DNA of 64,000 nt from Pontiella sp. (GCA_050290185.1 JBNKHE010000001.1:2713-66712); one strand, 5' to 3'; positions 48,348-59,103 are shown, counted from the first letter of the stretch. Made by a program: numbers and translations. The notes: generated by a model from the sequence alone, not told the origin.

Positions 48348-49691
48348 CTACTTTGTAGTGAACTTTTTGCGGTGTCGCAACCTTTTTCCCATCTTTTTGA
48401 ACTGCTTCCCCATCTTCCCCATCTGCTCAAATCGTTTTAGCAACTGGTTGACATCCGCGAGCTTGCGGCCACAGCCGGAAGCAATCCGCAGACGGCGGCT
48501 TCGATCGATCTTCTTGGGGTTCCGGCGCTCCCATGGCGTCATGCTCTGGATGATTGATTCAAAGCGCTTCATTTCCACTTCTGAGGCTTTCGCGGCCGCC
48601 TCCTTCTGCCTGGCGTCCATCTTCATGACATTGCCCGGAAGCGCGTCGAGCAGATTGCTTATGGGCCCCAGCTTTTTCATCTGCTGGATCTGCGAAAGGA
48701 AGTCCTCCAGGTCGAGCTCGTTTTTCGCCAGCTTTTCCTGCATTTTAAGCGCTTCGTCCTGATCCACGATCTCCTGCGCCTTTTCCACAAAGCTGACCAC
48801 ATCGCCCATGCCCAGAATGCGCGAAGCCATCCGGTCGGGATAGAAGGGCTGCAGATCGTCCATCTTTTCGCCTACACCGGTCATCAGGATCGGGCATCCG
48901 GTCACAGCGTGCACCGAAAGAGCCGCCCCACCACGGGCGTCACCGTCAAGCTTGGTCAGGATCATCCCCGTCAATCCAACGGCATCCCGGAACGTTTCGG
49001 CCACATTTACCGACTCCTGTCCAATGGCGGAGTCCAGCACCAGCACCTTGTTGTTCGGCTGGGTTTCGGCCTCGAATTCCTTCAGCTCCTGCACCAGCTC
49101 GTCGTCGATCTGGAACCGGCCTCCAGTATCGTAGATCACCACATCGTACTTGCTCTCTTTCGCCGCAAGGGCAGCGCGGCGGCCTAATTGCGGCACCGTT
49201 TCGCCGGGATTGGGTTTAATGATATCGCACCCGACCTGCCCCGCCAGTATCGACAGCTGCTCCACGGCCGCCGGGCGGCGGATATCGCAGGCCACCAGCA
49301 AAACGCGGCGGCCGCTCTTCTTCCATCGATATGCCAGCTTTCCGGACGAAGTGGTCTTACCGGAACCATGCAGCCCCATCAGCATTACCGCCGCGGGATG
49401 ACCGGTCAGGTTGAATTCCTTGTGCGCACCGCCAAACAGTTCAACCAGCGCATCATTCACGTGTTTTACGACCTGCTGACCGGGCGTGACACTGCTCAGC
49501 ACGTCTTCCCCGAGACAGGTTTCCTGCACTTGCTTGATAAAGTCGCGTGCGACCTTGAAGTTGACATCAGCCTCCAGCAGCGCCAGCCGTACCTCGCGGA
49601 GGGCATCTTTGATGTTTTTCTCGGACAGCTTGCCGTAGCCGCGCAGGTTCTTGAAGGTTTTCTGCAGTGCAGTTGAAAGGTTTTCGAACAT
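48348..49691 (-). CDS. ffh: Signal recognition particle protein
   Basis: GLHGSGKTT, DTGGR, TKLDGDARGG, M domain. Confidence 0.97.
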   Translation of the reverse strand: MFENLSTALQKTFKNLRGYGKLSEKNIKDALREVRLALLEADVNFKVARDFIKQVQETCLGEDVLSSVTPGQQVVKHVNDALVELFGGAHKEFNLTGHPAAVMLMGLHGSGKTTSSGKLAYRWKKSGRRVLLVACDIRRPAAVEQLSILAGQVGCDIIKPNPGETVPQLGRRAALAAKESKYDVVIYDTGGRFQIDDELVQELKEFEAETQPNNKVLVLDSAIGQESVNVAETFRDAVGLTGMILTKLDGDARGGAALSVHAVTGCPILMTGVGEKMDDLQPFYPDRMASRILGMGDVVSFVEKAQEIVDQDEALKMQEKLAKNELDLEDFLSQIQQMKKLGPISNLLDALPGNVMKMDARQKEAAAKASEVEMKRFESIIQSMTPWERRNPKKIDRSRRLRIASGCGRKLADVNQLLKRFEQMGKMGKQFKKMGKRLRHRKKFTTK

Positions 49692-49901
49692 ATTCCAGTT
49701 GTTGGTTTGAGGCTATTGGTTATCGGAAAGTCCGGCAGTTAAGCGGAATACCCCGCACAAGGCAAAGCGAAAAGGATACCGCACCTCACCCGTCCCATTA
49801 TTGGCTCGCCATCCATTGCGACTGCGGTACTCTTGGATCAGACATAGAACGCGTGTGCTGAAGCACTCCGAACGCATAAATGGAATGACAAGGCAGACAG
49901 C

Positions 49902-50948
49902 ATGAGCGAAACATCTCCAGAACAGCCGGTAACACGGCAGGAACTGAACAAGATTATTCTACCGTTCACCAAGCCCGGTCGCGGAAAAGCAGCCTGGCAG
50001 ATGATCAATACCCTCATCCCCTATTTTTCCCTATGGGCCGTGGCGATATATATCATCAACAGCAATATCCCGTCATGGTACGCACTCATTCCCATTCTAA
50101 TTGCCGGCCCCTTCCTCGTCCGAACGTTCATCATATTTCACGACTGCTGCCATTCCTCCTATTTTAAATCCAAATGGGCGAACACCCTGGTTGGATATTT
50201 AACCGGCATTCTCACCTCCACCCCTTTTCGTGACTGGGCCCAGGCACATATCAGCCATCATGCCACTGCAGGAAATCTGGATAAACGCGGGGTTGGCGAT
50301 ATCTGGACGCTGACCGTCGAGGAATATATTACCGCGCCAAAACTGAAGAGAATCACGTATCGCATATTCCGGCACCCCCTCTTTATGTTCGGAGTAGGAC
50401 CCTCCTATGTATTCCTGGTTTTCCACCGGTTTTCCCAGAAGGGTATCAAACACAAAGGACGGCTCAGCGTCTACATTACCAACCTTGGCCTGCTCGCCCT
50501 GCTGTTGCTGGGTGGCGCAACCATCGGCTATAAAACCTACCTGCTGATCCAGTTGCCGATCACCATCATCGCGGCCACGCTTGGACTGTGGCTTTTTTAC
50601 GTGCAACACCAATATGAAGAGGTCTACTGGGCGCGCGACGACGTCCGCGACTCGCTTAAGGCCGCGATGGAAGGAAGCTCCTACTACAAGTTGCCGAAGG
50701 TAGCCCAGTGGTTTACGGGAAACATCGGCCTGCACCACATCCACCATCTGAATCCGGCGATTCCCAACTACAACCTCCAGGCCTGCCACGACGAAATCCA
50801 GAAACTGCAAAAAATTCCCCCGCTGGGAGTCCGCAAGAGCCTCAAGTCGCTCCGCATCCATCTTTGGGACGAAGAAACCCGCAAGCTCATCAGCTTCAAG
50901 GCCATGAATCTCATCCGCAAGGCCCGCCGCAAAAAAGGCGAGAAATAA
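49902..50948 (+). CDS. Membrane fatty acid desaturase
   Basis: His boxes HDCCH, HISHH, HHIHH. Confidence 0.92.
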   Translation: MSETSPEQPVTRQELNKIILPFTKPGRGKAAWQMINTLIPYFSLWAVAIYIINSNIPSWYALIPILIAGPFLVRTFIIFHDCCHSSYFKSKWANTLVGYLTGILTSTPFRDWAQAHISHHATAGNLDKRGVGDIWTLTVEEYITAPKLKRITYRIFRHPLFMFGVGPSYVFLVFHRFSQKGIKHKGRLSVYITNLGLLALLLLGGATIGYKTYLLIQLPITIIAATLGLWLFYVQHQYEEVYWARDDVRDSLKAAMEGSSYYKLPKVAQWFTGNIGLHHIHHLNPAIPNYNLQACHDEIQKLQKIPPLGVRKSLKSLRIHLWDEETRKLISFKAMNLIRKARRKKGEK

Positions 50949-51048
50949 ACGTCCGCCAGGAAGTATACCAAGCAATCCAAAGACGAAAGCGCTTCGAGTT
51001 CTTCGTGCCTTGGTGTTTAAATATCCGTTTTAACCATTGGAAGCGATT

Positions 51049-51498
51049 ATGACCAACAACGACACCCTGCGCCGATTGCGCTATGCCCTGAACATCGACG
51101 ACACCCAAGTCGCCGAAACCATCGCGCTGACTGGACGCGCAACGAAGCCCGAAGAAGTGATCAACTGGCTCAAGCGCGAAGACGAGGACGGCTACACCGA
51201 TCTGCCCCATTCCATTCTATGCCGCTTCCTCGACGGCCTCATCATCGACAAACGCGGCCCCCACCCTTCCGGATCCATTCCCGAACCGCTCGACTTCCTG
51301 CCCAACAACGAAATCCTCAAAAAGCTGCGCATCGCACTCAATCTAAAGGAAGAAGACGTTCTGGCCGTTTTCAAAAAAGCAGACTTTGTCGTCACCAAGG
51401 CCGAGCTCGGCTCCTTCTTCCGCAAGGAAGGCCACCGCAACTACCGAAAATGCCCGGAACAAGTTCTCCGAAAATTCATTCACGGCCTCAGCATCTGA
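51049..51498 (+). CDS. DUF1456 family protein (YehS-like)
   Basis: MTNNDTLRRLRYAL and NNEILKKLRIAL duplicated domain. Confidence 0.88.
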   Translation: MTNNDTLRRLRYALNIDDTQVAETIALTGRATKPEEVINWLKREDEDGYTDLPHSILCRFLDGLIIDKRGPHPSGSIPEPLDFLPNNEILKKLRIALNLKEEDVLAVFKKADFVVTKAELGSFFRKEGHRNYRKCPEQVLRKFIHGLSI

Positions 51499-51562
51499 TC
51501 GCGGGCATTTAACTATTCATCCGGCGATCCCATAGCGACGGAATGGATTGAAAGGCGATGAA

Positions 51563-52105
51563 ATGCGGGCTAAATTAATTTTATCCTTGGCAGTGCTACC
51601 GGTAGTTTTCTGCGCATTATTTGTCAGATATACTCCTCCGATACATAATGTTGATGATATTCGGTCTGAATGTTGTCAGAAGCCGAAGGCCGGTGATGCA
51701 ATTTGGGACGGGGAGACCTTATCTGAAATAATGGATCATGCTGCTACTGGAAGCTATCATCATGTCCAGGCGTTGGTTGCCCATTATTCACAGTATTATC
51801 CCTTTGGTGATGAAGACTTCTACTGGCTAAGAAAAGGGGCAGAACTTGGCTATGAAGAAATGGAGCGTTGGCATGCTAATTTTTACGAGGATAAGAAGAA
51901 TCCTAATCTGAATGTGTATATCTCAAACGCCAACACTGAAATGCTTCGAAATCGGCATCTTTATGAAGTGATGGAGTCTGCTTTTTCAGGAGACGTGGAA
52001 TCCATTAGAGATCTGATGGTTTACTATGAAGAAAATTATCCAGAACGTGAAGAAGGGACGTACTGGAAGAATAAACTTGAATCGGTTGAGGAACGGGATC
52101 GGTAA
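51563..52105 (+). CDS. Membrane-anchored hypothetical protein with two Sel1-like repeats
   Basis: N-terminal TM; repeats L.E.M..A..G......L...Y...YP......YW; AT-richer. Confidence 0.7.
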   Translation: MRAKLILSLAVLPVVFCALFVRYTPPIHNVDDIRSECCQKPKAGDAIWDGETLSEIMDHAATGSYHHVQALVAHYSQYYPFGDEDFYWLRKGAELGYEEMERWHANFYEDKKNPNLNVYISNANTEMLRNRHLYEVMESAFSGDVESIRDLMVYYEENYPEREEGTYWKNKLESVEERDR

Positions 52106-52110
52106 ACATC

Positions 52111-52268
52111 AAAGGTATCAACGACCATCGTGAGCGGCAAAACCATGCTGCTGACAACAGGAAAAAAAGATCGTCCAAAAGCCGTCAGTCCATAAAAACA
52201 TCATTTTCCACTTCGCCAAGCTCGTTGCCGGCATAGTAACGCCCGCCTCTTTCGCCTATAGGCTCAGG
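52111..52268 (+). repeat. Direct repeat, copy 1
   Basis: Highly similar to 53550-53683 apart from two short indels. Confidence 0.85.
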
Positions 52269-52425
52269 TCGCAGGAACGACCCTTTTTCAAAATGCTACA
52301 ACCGAGCGATAAGCGAGCTAGGCACCGCAACTGCGGTGCAACGAAGTGGCAATGTACGGGCTGACCCCTATCCTCTTGTCTATTGAGGAAGTTCCGAAAG
52401 GAAAATAATGAAGTTACTGGAATGT

Positions 52426-52459
52426 AAAAAAGCTCTGAATATTATGTTCAGAGCTTTTT
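52426..52459. terminator. Bidirectional terminator
   Basis: AAAAAAGCTCTGAA...TTCAGAGCTTTTT. Confidence 0.8.
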
Positions 52460-52512
52460 GTTAATAAGTTTTAATTCTTTTTAGACCAGCTAGATTTGCT
52501 AGTCGATTTTAC

Positions 52513-53235
52513 TTAATACTGAAGCACGAATTCTTCCAAGGTAAGCCCATCATATGATTCTCCCGGCGCGCTCATGATAACCTCACGTGGATCAATCTTG
52601 TCTAGCTTGATAACTGCATTGCTTCCAGTTACTAAACGAATGCCGTTTTCGGCATAAACGTTGAACTGGTCATTCGTAGTCGAACTGAAAACATAGTCGT
52701 TTGACAGATTGCTGGATGACCATACAAATGTGTCGTTATGAGCGGCCCGTGCCATGAGTCCATTTGCATACGAACTGTAACCAAGGGCCTCACAAAACCA
52801 ACCGTTGGCCGATGAAATCACACCTGAGGCGATTGTGTATACGCCTTGAGCGTGAGAGACGGGGGCGCGGGCTTCCGTGTAATAGCCTTCTGCATGCGCA
52901 TAAAAGTTCGATGCCACTGAATAGTAGCCTTCCGCATGCGCGGCATAGCCATAGGCCGCTGTCAAGGAACCTTCAGAGTGGGAGTGTTTCCCGGAGGCCA
53001 ATGTTTGATACCCTTCGGCATGTGATGATTCCCCCGTAGCATGAGATGCCAAGCCCGCTGCATATGAATAATCCCCATCTGCAAGGCATGAAAATCCCTG
53101 TGCATGCGAATCCTTTCCATTCGCTGCCGTAAAGCTTGATCCGCTGGAAAAACTACCCGCGTGATCTATTGCATTGGCAAAACTACACAAACCAACAGCT
53201 GCAGTAATTATGAGGGTTTTATTGCACACTTTCAT
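52513..53235 (-). CDS. Secreted protein with 14-aa SHAEG repeats (YadA-head / tail-fibre-like beta-roll)
   Basis: Signal peptide; repeated A.G..SHAEG units. Confidence 0.75.
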   Translation of the reverse strand: MKVCNKTLIITAAVGLCSFANAIDHAGSFSSGSSFTAANGKDSHAQGFSCLADGDYSYAAGLASHATGESSHAEGYQTLASGKHSHSEGSLTAAYGYAAHAEGYYSVASNFYAHAEGYYTEARAPVSHAQGVYTIASGVISSANGWFCEALGYSSYANGLMARAAHNDTFVWSSSNLSNDYVFSSTTNDQFNVYAENGIRLVTGSNAVIKLDKIDPREVIMSAPGESYDGLTLEEFVLQY

Positions 53236-53549
53236 ATTATTCCTTTCAGTTTATGGTGTTTACATTTATCAGGCAGAGACAATGTCCCGATGTAGTCAAG
53301 ACTCTATAAATGCAAGATATAAAAAGTGATATCAACACAAAACATTATATATATTTAAATACTTTTAATTTAATATCATTCCAGAATTAAAATATGCCAA
53401 ATAAGCCTTGCTGCGGAAAGAGTAGCGCCGTTCTTGAAAAGGATAAGAACTCCGGTCTCGCCTTTGGAATATCGGATATTCATGTATACATGGAGACCGA
53501 TGAAAGCAATGGTAGGGGAAAAAGGTCGGGATGCGTCGCGTGGCAGCGA

Positions 53550-53683
53550 AAAGGCAGCAACGACCATCGAACCATGCTTCTGACAACAGGAAAAAAGGAT
53601 CGTCCAAAATCCGTTAGTCCAGAAAAACATCCAAGCTCGTTGCCGGCATAGTAACGCCAGCCTCTTTCGCCTACAGGCTCAGG
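53550..53683 (+). repeat. Direct repeat, copy 2
   Basis: Shares CAACGACCATCG, CTGACAACAGGAAAAAA and CCAAGCTCGTTGCCGGCATAGTAACGCC with copy 1. Confidence 0.85.
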
Positions 53684-53712
53684 CCATCTGACCTCCCCCC
53701 TGCTGGTTTTTA

Positions 53713-53748
53713 TCTCGCAGAGACGCAGAGGTCGCAGAGGTCGCAGAG
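53713..53748 (+). repeat. Short 8-9-mer tandem repeat
   Basis: tctCGCAGAGaCGCAGAGgtCGCAGAGgtCGCAGAG. Confidence 0.7.
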
Positions 53749-53835
53749 TAAAATATCAGGATGCAATGCTGCCTCCATTGAGAGGAAAGGACCGACCCTT
53801 CCGCTGCGATCGCTTGCAGGCAAGGCGTTCGGGTT

Positions 53836-54684
53836 CTAGGTACGCCGACGTTCTCGGGTATGAATGACCAAACCAATGCCGGCCAGTATGGCGATGCCGG
53901 CCAGTACCAGCCGGAGTGTGATCTGTTCGTTCAGAAAGATCACGCCGCCAATAGAGGCCAGCAGCGGAACACTGATCTGGACGGTGGCTGCAACGCTGGT
54001 CTTCAGCAGCGGCAACAGGCTGTACCAGATCACATAGACCAGGGACGAAGCGATGGCCCCGGAGACGATTCCCAGCATGACGCCTTCAGGCGATACATGC
54101 AGATGGGACCAGGCAAGTAAAAGACCGATGACCGCAAGCGGGAGCGTCCCGATAAAATTCCAGGCGGTATTGGCAACCGGATCCACCGCGCTAGCCCCGC
54201 GAATGGAATAGATACCCCACGCCACGCCGGCGATACCCATAAGGAACGCGCCGTGCACCGAAGGCATCGACACCCCCGGCAGCAGCAGATACACCATGCC
54301 GCCCAGCGCCAGCACCATCCCGCCCCATTCCCCTGTCCCCGACCGACTGCCTTTCAGCAGACCGACCGTCATCATGGTAAACTGCACCGCCCCGAAAAGG
54401 ATCAACGCTCCGGTCCCTGCGGACAGTTCCAGATAGGCCAATGAGAAGCAGCAGGCATAGGTAAATAACGCGACGACTGCCATGGGATCCTTTTTGCCGG
54501 TGGCTTGCGAGGATGTATGCTTCCTGAGCCCCAGCAGGATCGCCAGCGCAACGGCGCCGCTGATTAGTCGCAGCGCCGTAAAGGAGACTGCGTCGATCCC
54601 CGCACCGCCCAGGGCAAGCCGTCCCAGAATGGAGTTCGCGGCAAACCCCACCATCGTAACAATAATCAGCAACTGGGTTTTCAT
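53836..54684 (-). CDS. DMT/EamA family transporter
   Basis: FAANS.L.RLAL, about 10 TM helices in two repeats; start MKTQ. Confidence 0.88.
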   Translation of the reverse strand: MKTQLLIIVTMVGFAANSILGRLALGGAGIDAVSFTALRLISGAVALAILLGLRKHTSSQATGKKDPMAVVALFTYACCFSLAYLELSAGTGALILFGAVQFTMMTVGLLKGSRSGTGEWGGMVLALGGMVYLLLPGVSMPSVHGAFLMGIAGVAWGIYSIRGASAVDPVANTAWNFIGTLPLAVIGLLLAWSHLHVSPEGVMLGIVSGAIASSLVYVIWYSLLPLLKTSVAATVQISVPLLASIGGVIFLNEQITLRLVLAGIAILAGIGLVIHTRERRRT

Positions 54685-54927
54685 GGCCCCATCCATCCAC
54701 GATTGGGCAACATCCGTCAAGAAGGATGACCCCGACAGTGTCAGCGACAGCATCATCTGGCCAATGCACTGGTACAAAAATAACGGTGGTGGTGGAAAAA
54801 CAGATCCGGGATGCGGAAGTATAAAAAACCGCCTGTCATGAGCGCAGCCGAAAGGTCCGTCATGATTCGTCCCCCTTCCGACCTTCACTTAAATCCGAGG
54901 AGTGACCCGTTGCCATACCATTGCTGA

Positions 54928-55458
54928 TCAAGGAATGTGGCGCGTGGCCACGGTCTCTGCGATCATTCTGACCTGACCGTCGGCATTGAAATAGGTGGCA
55001 TGAGTGTTCATGGTGCTCCCATCGAAGGTTGTAACCGCCCGCATGGACAGCGATCCATCTGCATTGAACCCCTCTCTTAGAACCTCATCGCTTTCAGTTT
55101 GCTTCAGCGTTCCATGACCCGTCCTGCCATCCGAATACCGGCTTACAGTAGATGCCTCCGTAGCAGAAGTGCGGCGATATTCCACGTTGAACGACACCGG
55201 TTCGCCATCCGCGACACGAACCTCCCCTGTCATCCGGTAACATGCATTTTCTTTGTCCTGCACACACTCCCAGGTGGTAGACGCTTTCGCCATGATTTTG
55301 CCGTTAGGATTTTTCAGAACCGCCGTCTCGGTCCACTTGCCGCATATAAAATCGAGATAGTCGTTTTCGAACTTCTTGCCGGAGTGTGCTCCAGGCAGAC
55401 TGAAGCCAAATATAAACGGTACAATCAACAGCACCATGCCCCGCTTGAATAAACTCAT
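54928..55458 (-). CDS. Secreted hypothetical protein (beta-barrel-like, GKW motif)
   Basis: Signal-like N-terminus; LDFICGKW. Confidence 0.65.
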   Translation of the reverse strand: MSLFKRGMVLLIVPFIFGFSLPGAHSGKKFENDYLDFICGKWTETAVLKNPNGKIMAKASTTWECVQDKENACYRMTGEVRVADGEPVSFNVEYRRTSATEASTVSRYSDGRTGHGTLKQTESDEVLREGFNADGSLSMRAVTTFDGSTMNTHATYFNADGQVRMIAETVATRHIP

Positions 55459-55529
55459 GCCGCTCCCCCCTTCTTCTTTACCGCCGCTTTCTTCTTCCAG
55501 GAAATGTTACAATGTACGGGCTGCCGGGG

Positions 55530-56294
55530 TCATGAATCGAGCATCGCGACCACACGGGCGGGTGCGGCGGATCCGCCTTTTATCTTCAAGGGAAAGGCGG
55601 CCACGGTAAAGCCGGAATCCGGCAGCGCATCCAGGTTCGTGAGCTGTTCCATGTGGCAATATTCATGGTCCACCCCCACTAAATGAGCCTCCCAGAACAA
55701 TTCCGGATTGTCGGTTTTCTTCGCCTCGCGGATCAGGTGCGGAAGAGGAAGATCCCAGCCCCACTGATCGATACCCATCACCTTGATCCCCTGCTGAATG
55801 AGCCATTCCGTTGCCGCGGCGGACATGCCCGTCCCCTTCTCGAAGAAGGCTTTCGTTCCCATGTATTGATCCCGCCCGGTTTTAATCAGCACAATCATGC
55901 CCGGCTGGAGCTCGATCGATTGCTCGTCCAGAAAACGCTGAATATCCTCTACCGTGATGGGATCAAAATCGTCCTTGTGCTTCATATCGACCACCACGCC
56001 CGGACCATAACACCAGTCCAACGGAACCTCATCGATGGTTTTAGCCGGCTGGCCGGCACAAGTCGGGGCATAGTGCCAGGGCGCATCCATATGCGTCGTT
56101 GAATGAACCCCCATCTTTTTGATGCAGTCGTCGGCCCAGCCGGTAAATTTTTTGGGGAACAGGCGGAAAGGAAGCCCGAACAAGCGAATCAACCATTTCG
56201 ACCGGGCATGCGCCTTGTGGGCAATCTTGACCTTCATGAAGACCGGATCCCCGGGCTGGTACTGGATCGTTTTTGATAGATCGATTATCTGCAT
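55530..56294 (-). CDS. Cyclase family (kynurenine formamidase-like) metallohydrolase
   Basis: IIDLS, HSTTHMDAPWH, GID, E.L.NL, G.AAPARV. Confidence 0.9.
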   Translation of the reverse strand: MQIIDLSKTIQYQPGDPVFMKVKIAHKAHARSKWLIRLFGLPFRLFPKKFTGWADDCIKKMGVHSTTHMDAPWHYAPTCAGQPAKTIDEVPLDWCYGPGVVVDMKHKDDFDPITVEDIQRFLDEQSIELQPGMIVLIKTGRDQYMGTKAFFEKGTGMSAAATEWLIQQGIKVMGIDQWGWDLPLPHLIREAKKTDNPELFWEAHLVGVDHEYCHMEQLTNLDALPDSGFTVAAFPLKIKGGSAAPARVVAMLDS

Positions 56295-56301
56295 GTTGCA
56301 T

Positions 56302-57228
56302 TCACTCCACAAAATTACTTAATCGCCCAATGCCTTCGACTTCCAGTGCGATCCGATCACCACGCTTGAGCATGCGGCCGTTCTCAATGCCCGAGCACAT
56401 GGGCAGCGTTCCCGACCCAAAGAGTTCGCCAGGATGGAGGTCTTCTTCCCACGAGGCATAGGCAATCGCCTCCTGAAACGAGTACCGTTTGCCTTTGGAC
56501 GAACTTTCCTCCACCACCTCGTCATTGATCAACACACGCGCACGTAGTTCATCGATGACGTCCAGCAGTTCGGGTTTCCCGACCACCACCGACGATATGG
56601 CATTCCCGAAATTTTTCGATTTAACCGGACCAAAACCGCTCTGCATTTCATCCAACTGTATATCGCGCGCACTGAAATCGTTCAGGATCACAAATCCGGC
56701 GATCGCATCGGCGACCTCCTCGGGCAATGCGTTTTTCAAGGGCTTCGCGATGACCGCCGCAATTTCCAGTTCATAATCCAATTCGCGTGTATAGGCCGGC
56801 ATGGCGATCGGCTGGTTATTGGTGATAAAGTTGAGGTGGTTCCCCATGTAATAGATCGGAAACCGATAATAGCGTCGTGCCGGCTTGAGCTTTGGGAACA
56901 CTTGCCCGGTCAACCGCTCGAACAGGTTCACGATCGGCAAACGGCGCGGCATGTACTTTCGAACAAATCCCCGGGCTGCATTAATGGCATGCTGTTCATA
57001 CAGCATAAAATCCCGGTAGGCCACCGGATGAAACGGCAGGAGCTCCTCATATTCATCTTCGTTGCAGGGCATCAGTTCAAAAGTCTCAACCAACTCCGCC
57101 AACGTATAGTCCAGCAGGGCCAGCATGTTCCCGGCGGATCCTTGATCCAGCAACATCCAGCGTCCGGAAACCTCCGCCGCCAAATAGACCGATCCGGATG
57201 TGCGATGCCGCATGCGCTTTAATTTCAT
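56302..57228 (-). CDS. Fumarylacetoacetate hydrolase family protein
   Basis: LDYELE, NDFSARD, KSKNF, GSGT. Confidence 0.9.
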   Translation of the reverse strand: MKLKRMRHRTSGSVYLAAEVSGRWMLLDQGSAGNMLALLDYTLAELVETFELMPCNEDEYEELLPFHPVAYRDFMLYEQHAINAARGFVRKYMPRRLPIVNLFERLTGQVFPKLKPARRYYRFPIYYMGNHLNFITNNQPIAMPAYTRELDYELEIAAVIAKPLKNALPEEVADAIAGFVILNDFSARDIQLDEMQSGFGPVKSKNFGNAISSVVVGKPELLDVIDELRARVLINDEVVEESSSKGKRYSFQEAIAYASWEEDLHPGELFGSGTLPMCSGIENGRMLKRGDRIALEVEGIGRLSNFVE

Positions 57229-57404
57229 ATGCTGCCACCTCCTTTTCCAAACCCACCACCGCCGGGCGTTTCGATAATAAGCTGATCGCCGGAACCTAAT
57301 GAAAGTTGCGTCTTTTCAGGAAGAGTGATGGGAACGGTCTCTCCGGCGGGGAGGAGCTGGTTCTGGCCGGCAACAGGCTCAGTCCTAAGAAATGATATTT
57401 TCAT
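57225..57404 (-). pseudogene. C-terminal fragment of hydantoinase B/5-oxoprolinase
   Basis: GDQLIIETPGGGGFG terminal motif only. Confidence 0.6.
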
Positions 57405-57729
57405 CCAATCCCCCCTGAAGTTTACCAATAGCAAAACCGTAGAATAGTTTGAGAATTTACCCACTTACCTAAAATGAAACAAAGCAATTTCTACCTTCGC
57501 TTAAATCTACGGCGGGCGAGCAGGAGCAATGGCATGTGCGGAATGGCCGGTCCATAAGGCGGTGCGGTAACCGCTCCGGCGGCGGATCCGCATCCAAGGT
57601 ATGAATAGAGGAAAAGCTGGGAGGGATTGAACTTGGACGGGGGCTTTAACAAGAAGGCAACACGGTTACTCGGTTACGGGACCGGCACCTTCCCCGAATA
57701 TTAAAAGATAAAACCGCCCTGATTCCTCA

Positions 57730-58851
57730 TCAGCGGGAATGTCCGGGAACTATTTTGATCCACTGCGACCGGTCGCCGCCGGGGGGCTTGGCCTGCACTT
57801 CAAATGCCTTCCCTCTTTTCCTGAACTGGCCCTTTTCCATATCGCCGTCCGGATAATAGGTAACATCCTCGTTGGTGCACACGAACTTGTAGGTCGTTGT
57901 TTTTCCGTTCTCTCGTTCCGCGGATCCGACAAAGCCGAGCAACGTCTTGTCCGGCGCACGGTAGACGCACGCCGCGCTCCAGTTTTGCTCCACCGCAACA
58001 AATGCCAGGCGCGAGCCCTGGCAGGCTCGCATAAAGTTTCCGCGCGCCTCGTTGATCGGTCCCCACCAGGCCAGATAACCGGCCCCCACATCGGCGGCCA
58101 CCATCGCTTCGGCAATAGAATGCGATTCGGGACAAAAAAACTTTTTCCGATCGTCTATAACCTCTTCACCGAAGTCGATGAACTGCGTCATCGATCCATA
58201 AAGGGTGTGCGTGCTGCCGGCATCTATGTTCCGGTCGATGGCATCATACCACGAATCCGCCCACTCCGTATTCATGACGCTGGGGCCGACACGCAAAACG
58301 TGCCATCCCTTTAACCGCTCGAACAGCTCATCCAGGTCATCCTCGCTACCCATATTCCAATCGCCATAATCCGGCTCGTTGAACACCTCGACATACACCA
58401 CCTTGTGTCCCTGTGCCTCGATGTGCTCCCGGCTCTTTTCCATTACGTTGTACCAGCGCTCAATATCGGCACTTCCGTCGGAATCCTTGTACCAGTCGAT
58501 AATCTTTGCCTCGTTGTGGGGGGTGATCATGATTGGAATGTGCTTCCCGACCATCCGGGCGCAGTCCAAGGCCTCGTCCAGCTTGCGGATCTGATCGTCG
58601 CTCAGACTGCCGTCGTCCTTGGTTTTCTCGTGCATGTAAAACCCGACCCGCACAAAATCGATTTCCGGCCCCGCGTTTTTGACCGATTCCTGCGTGTTGT
58701 TCCAGCTCACCCAGGTGGAATCAATGCCCCACTCCTGAATCGCTTTCTTCTTTCCCGGGTCGCGGGTATTGAACTTGAGCGTTTTAACCGTTTCCGCCCC
58801 GCTCGAGAGCACCGCACCAGCCATCAGCGCACTGAAAACCCATCGCTTCAT
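57730..58851 (-). CDS. Secreted putative glycoside hydrolase (clan GH-A-like TIM barrel)
   Basis: Signal peptide; RBS AGGAG; FNEPD and later PESH candidate catalytic Glu residues. Confidence 0.65.
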   Translation of the reverse strand: MKRWVFSALMAGAVLSSGAETVKTLKFNTRDPGKKKAIQEWGIDSTWVSWNNTQESVKNAGPEIDFVRVGFYMHEKTKDDGSLSDDQIRKLDEALDCARMVGKHIPIMITPHNEAKIIDWYKDSDGSADIERWYNVMEKSREHIEAQGHKVVYVEVFNEPDYGDWNMGSEDDLDELFERLKGWHVLRVGPSVMNTEWADSWYDAIDRNIDAGSTHTLYGSMTQFIDFGEEVIDDRKKFFCPESHSIAEAMVAADVGAGYLAWWGPINEARGNFMRACQGSRLAFVAVEQNWSAACVYRAPDKTLLGFVGSAERENGKTTTYKFVCTNEDVTYYPDGDMEKGQFRKRGKAFEVQAKPPGGDRSQWIKIVPGHSR

Positions 58852-59103
58852 GTTGCTACTCCTTTAAAAACCCGCGAAAACAGGATTGCCTGTTCGAGGT
58901 TCCGTTCCGTTGAAGATATATTATCCGAAGGAAATAGCGAAGCGCTTCAACTCAACATTTCATAAACCATGCGACAAGATTTCCCGGCACCGCCTTGGTG
59001 TGGAAAGCCGGTTATTCACCTTCAGAAGCGCGTTGTGAATGAAATACGAAGTTAAGCGGTATCCAGATCACATTTAGTTCCGATATTGCATGAATACAGG
59101 CAC

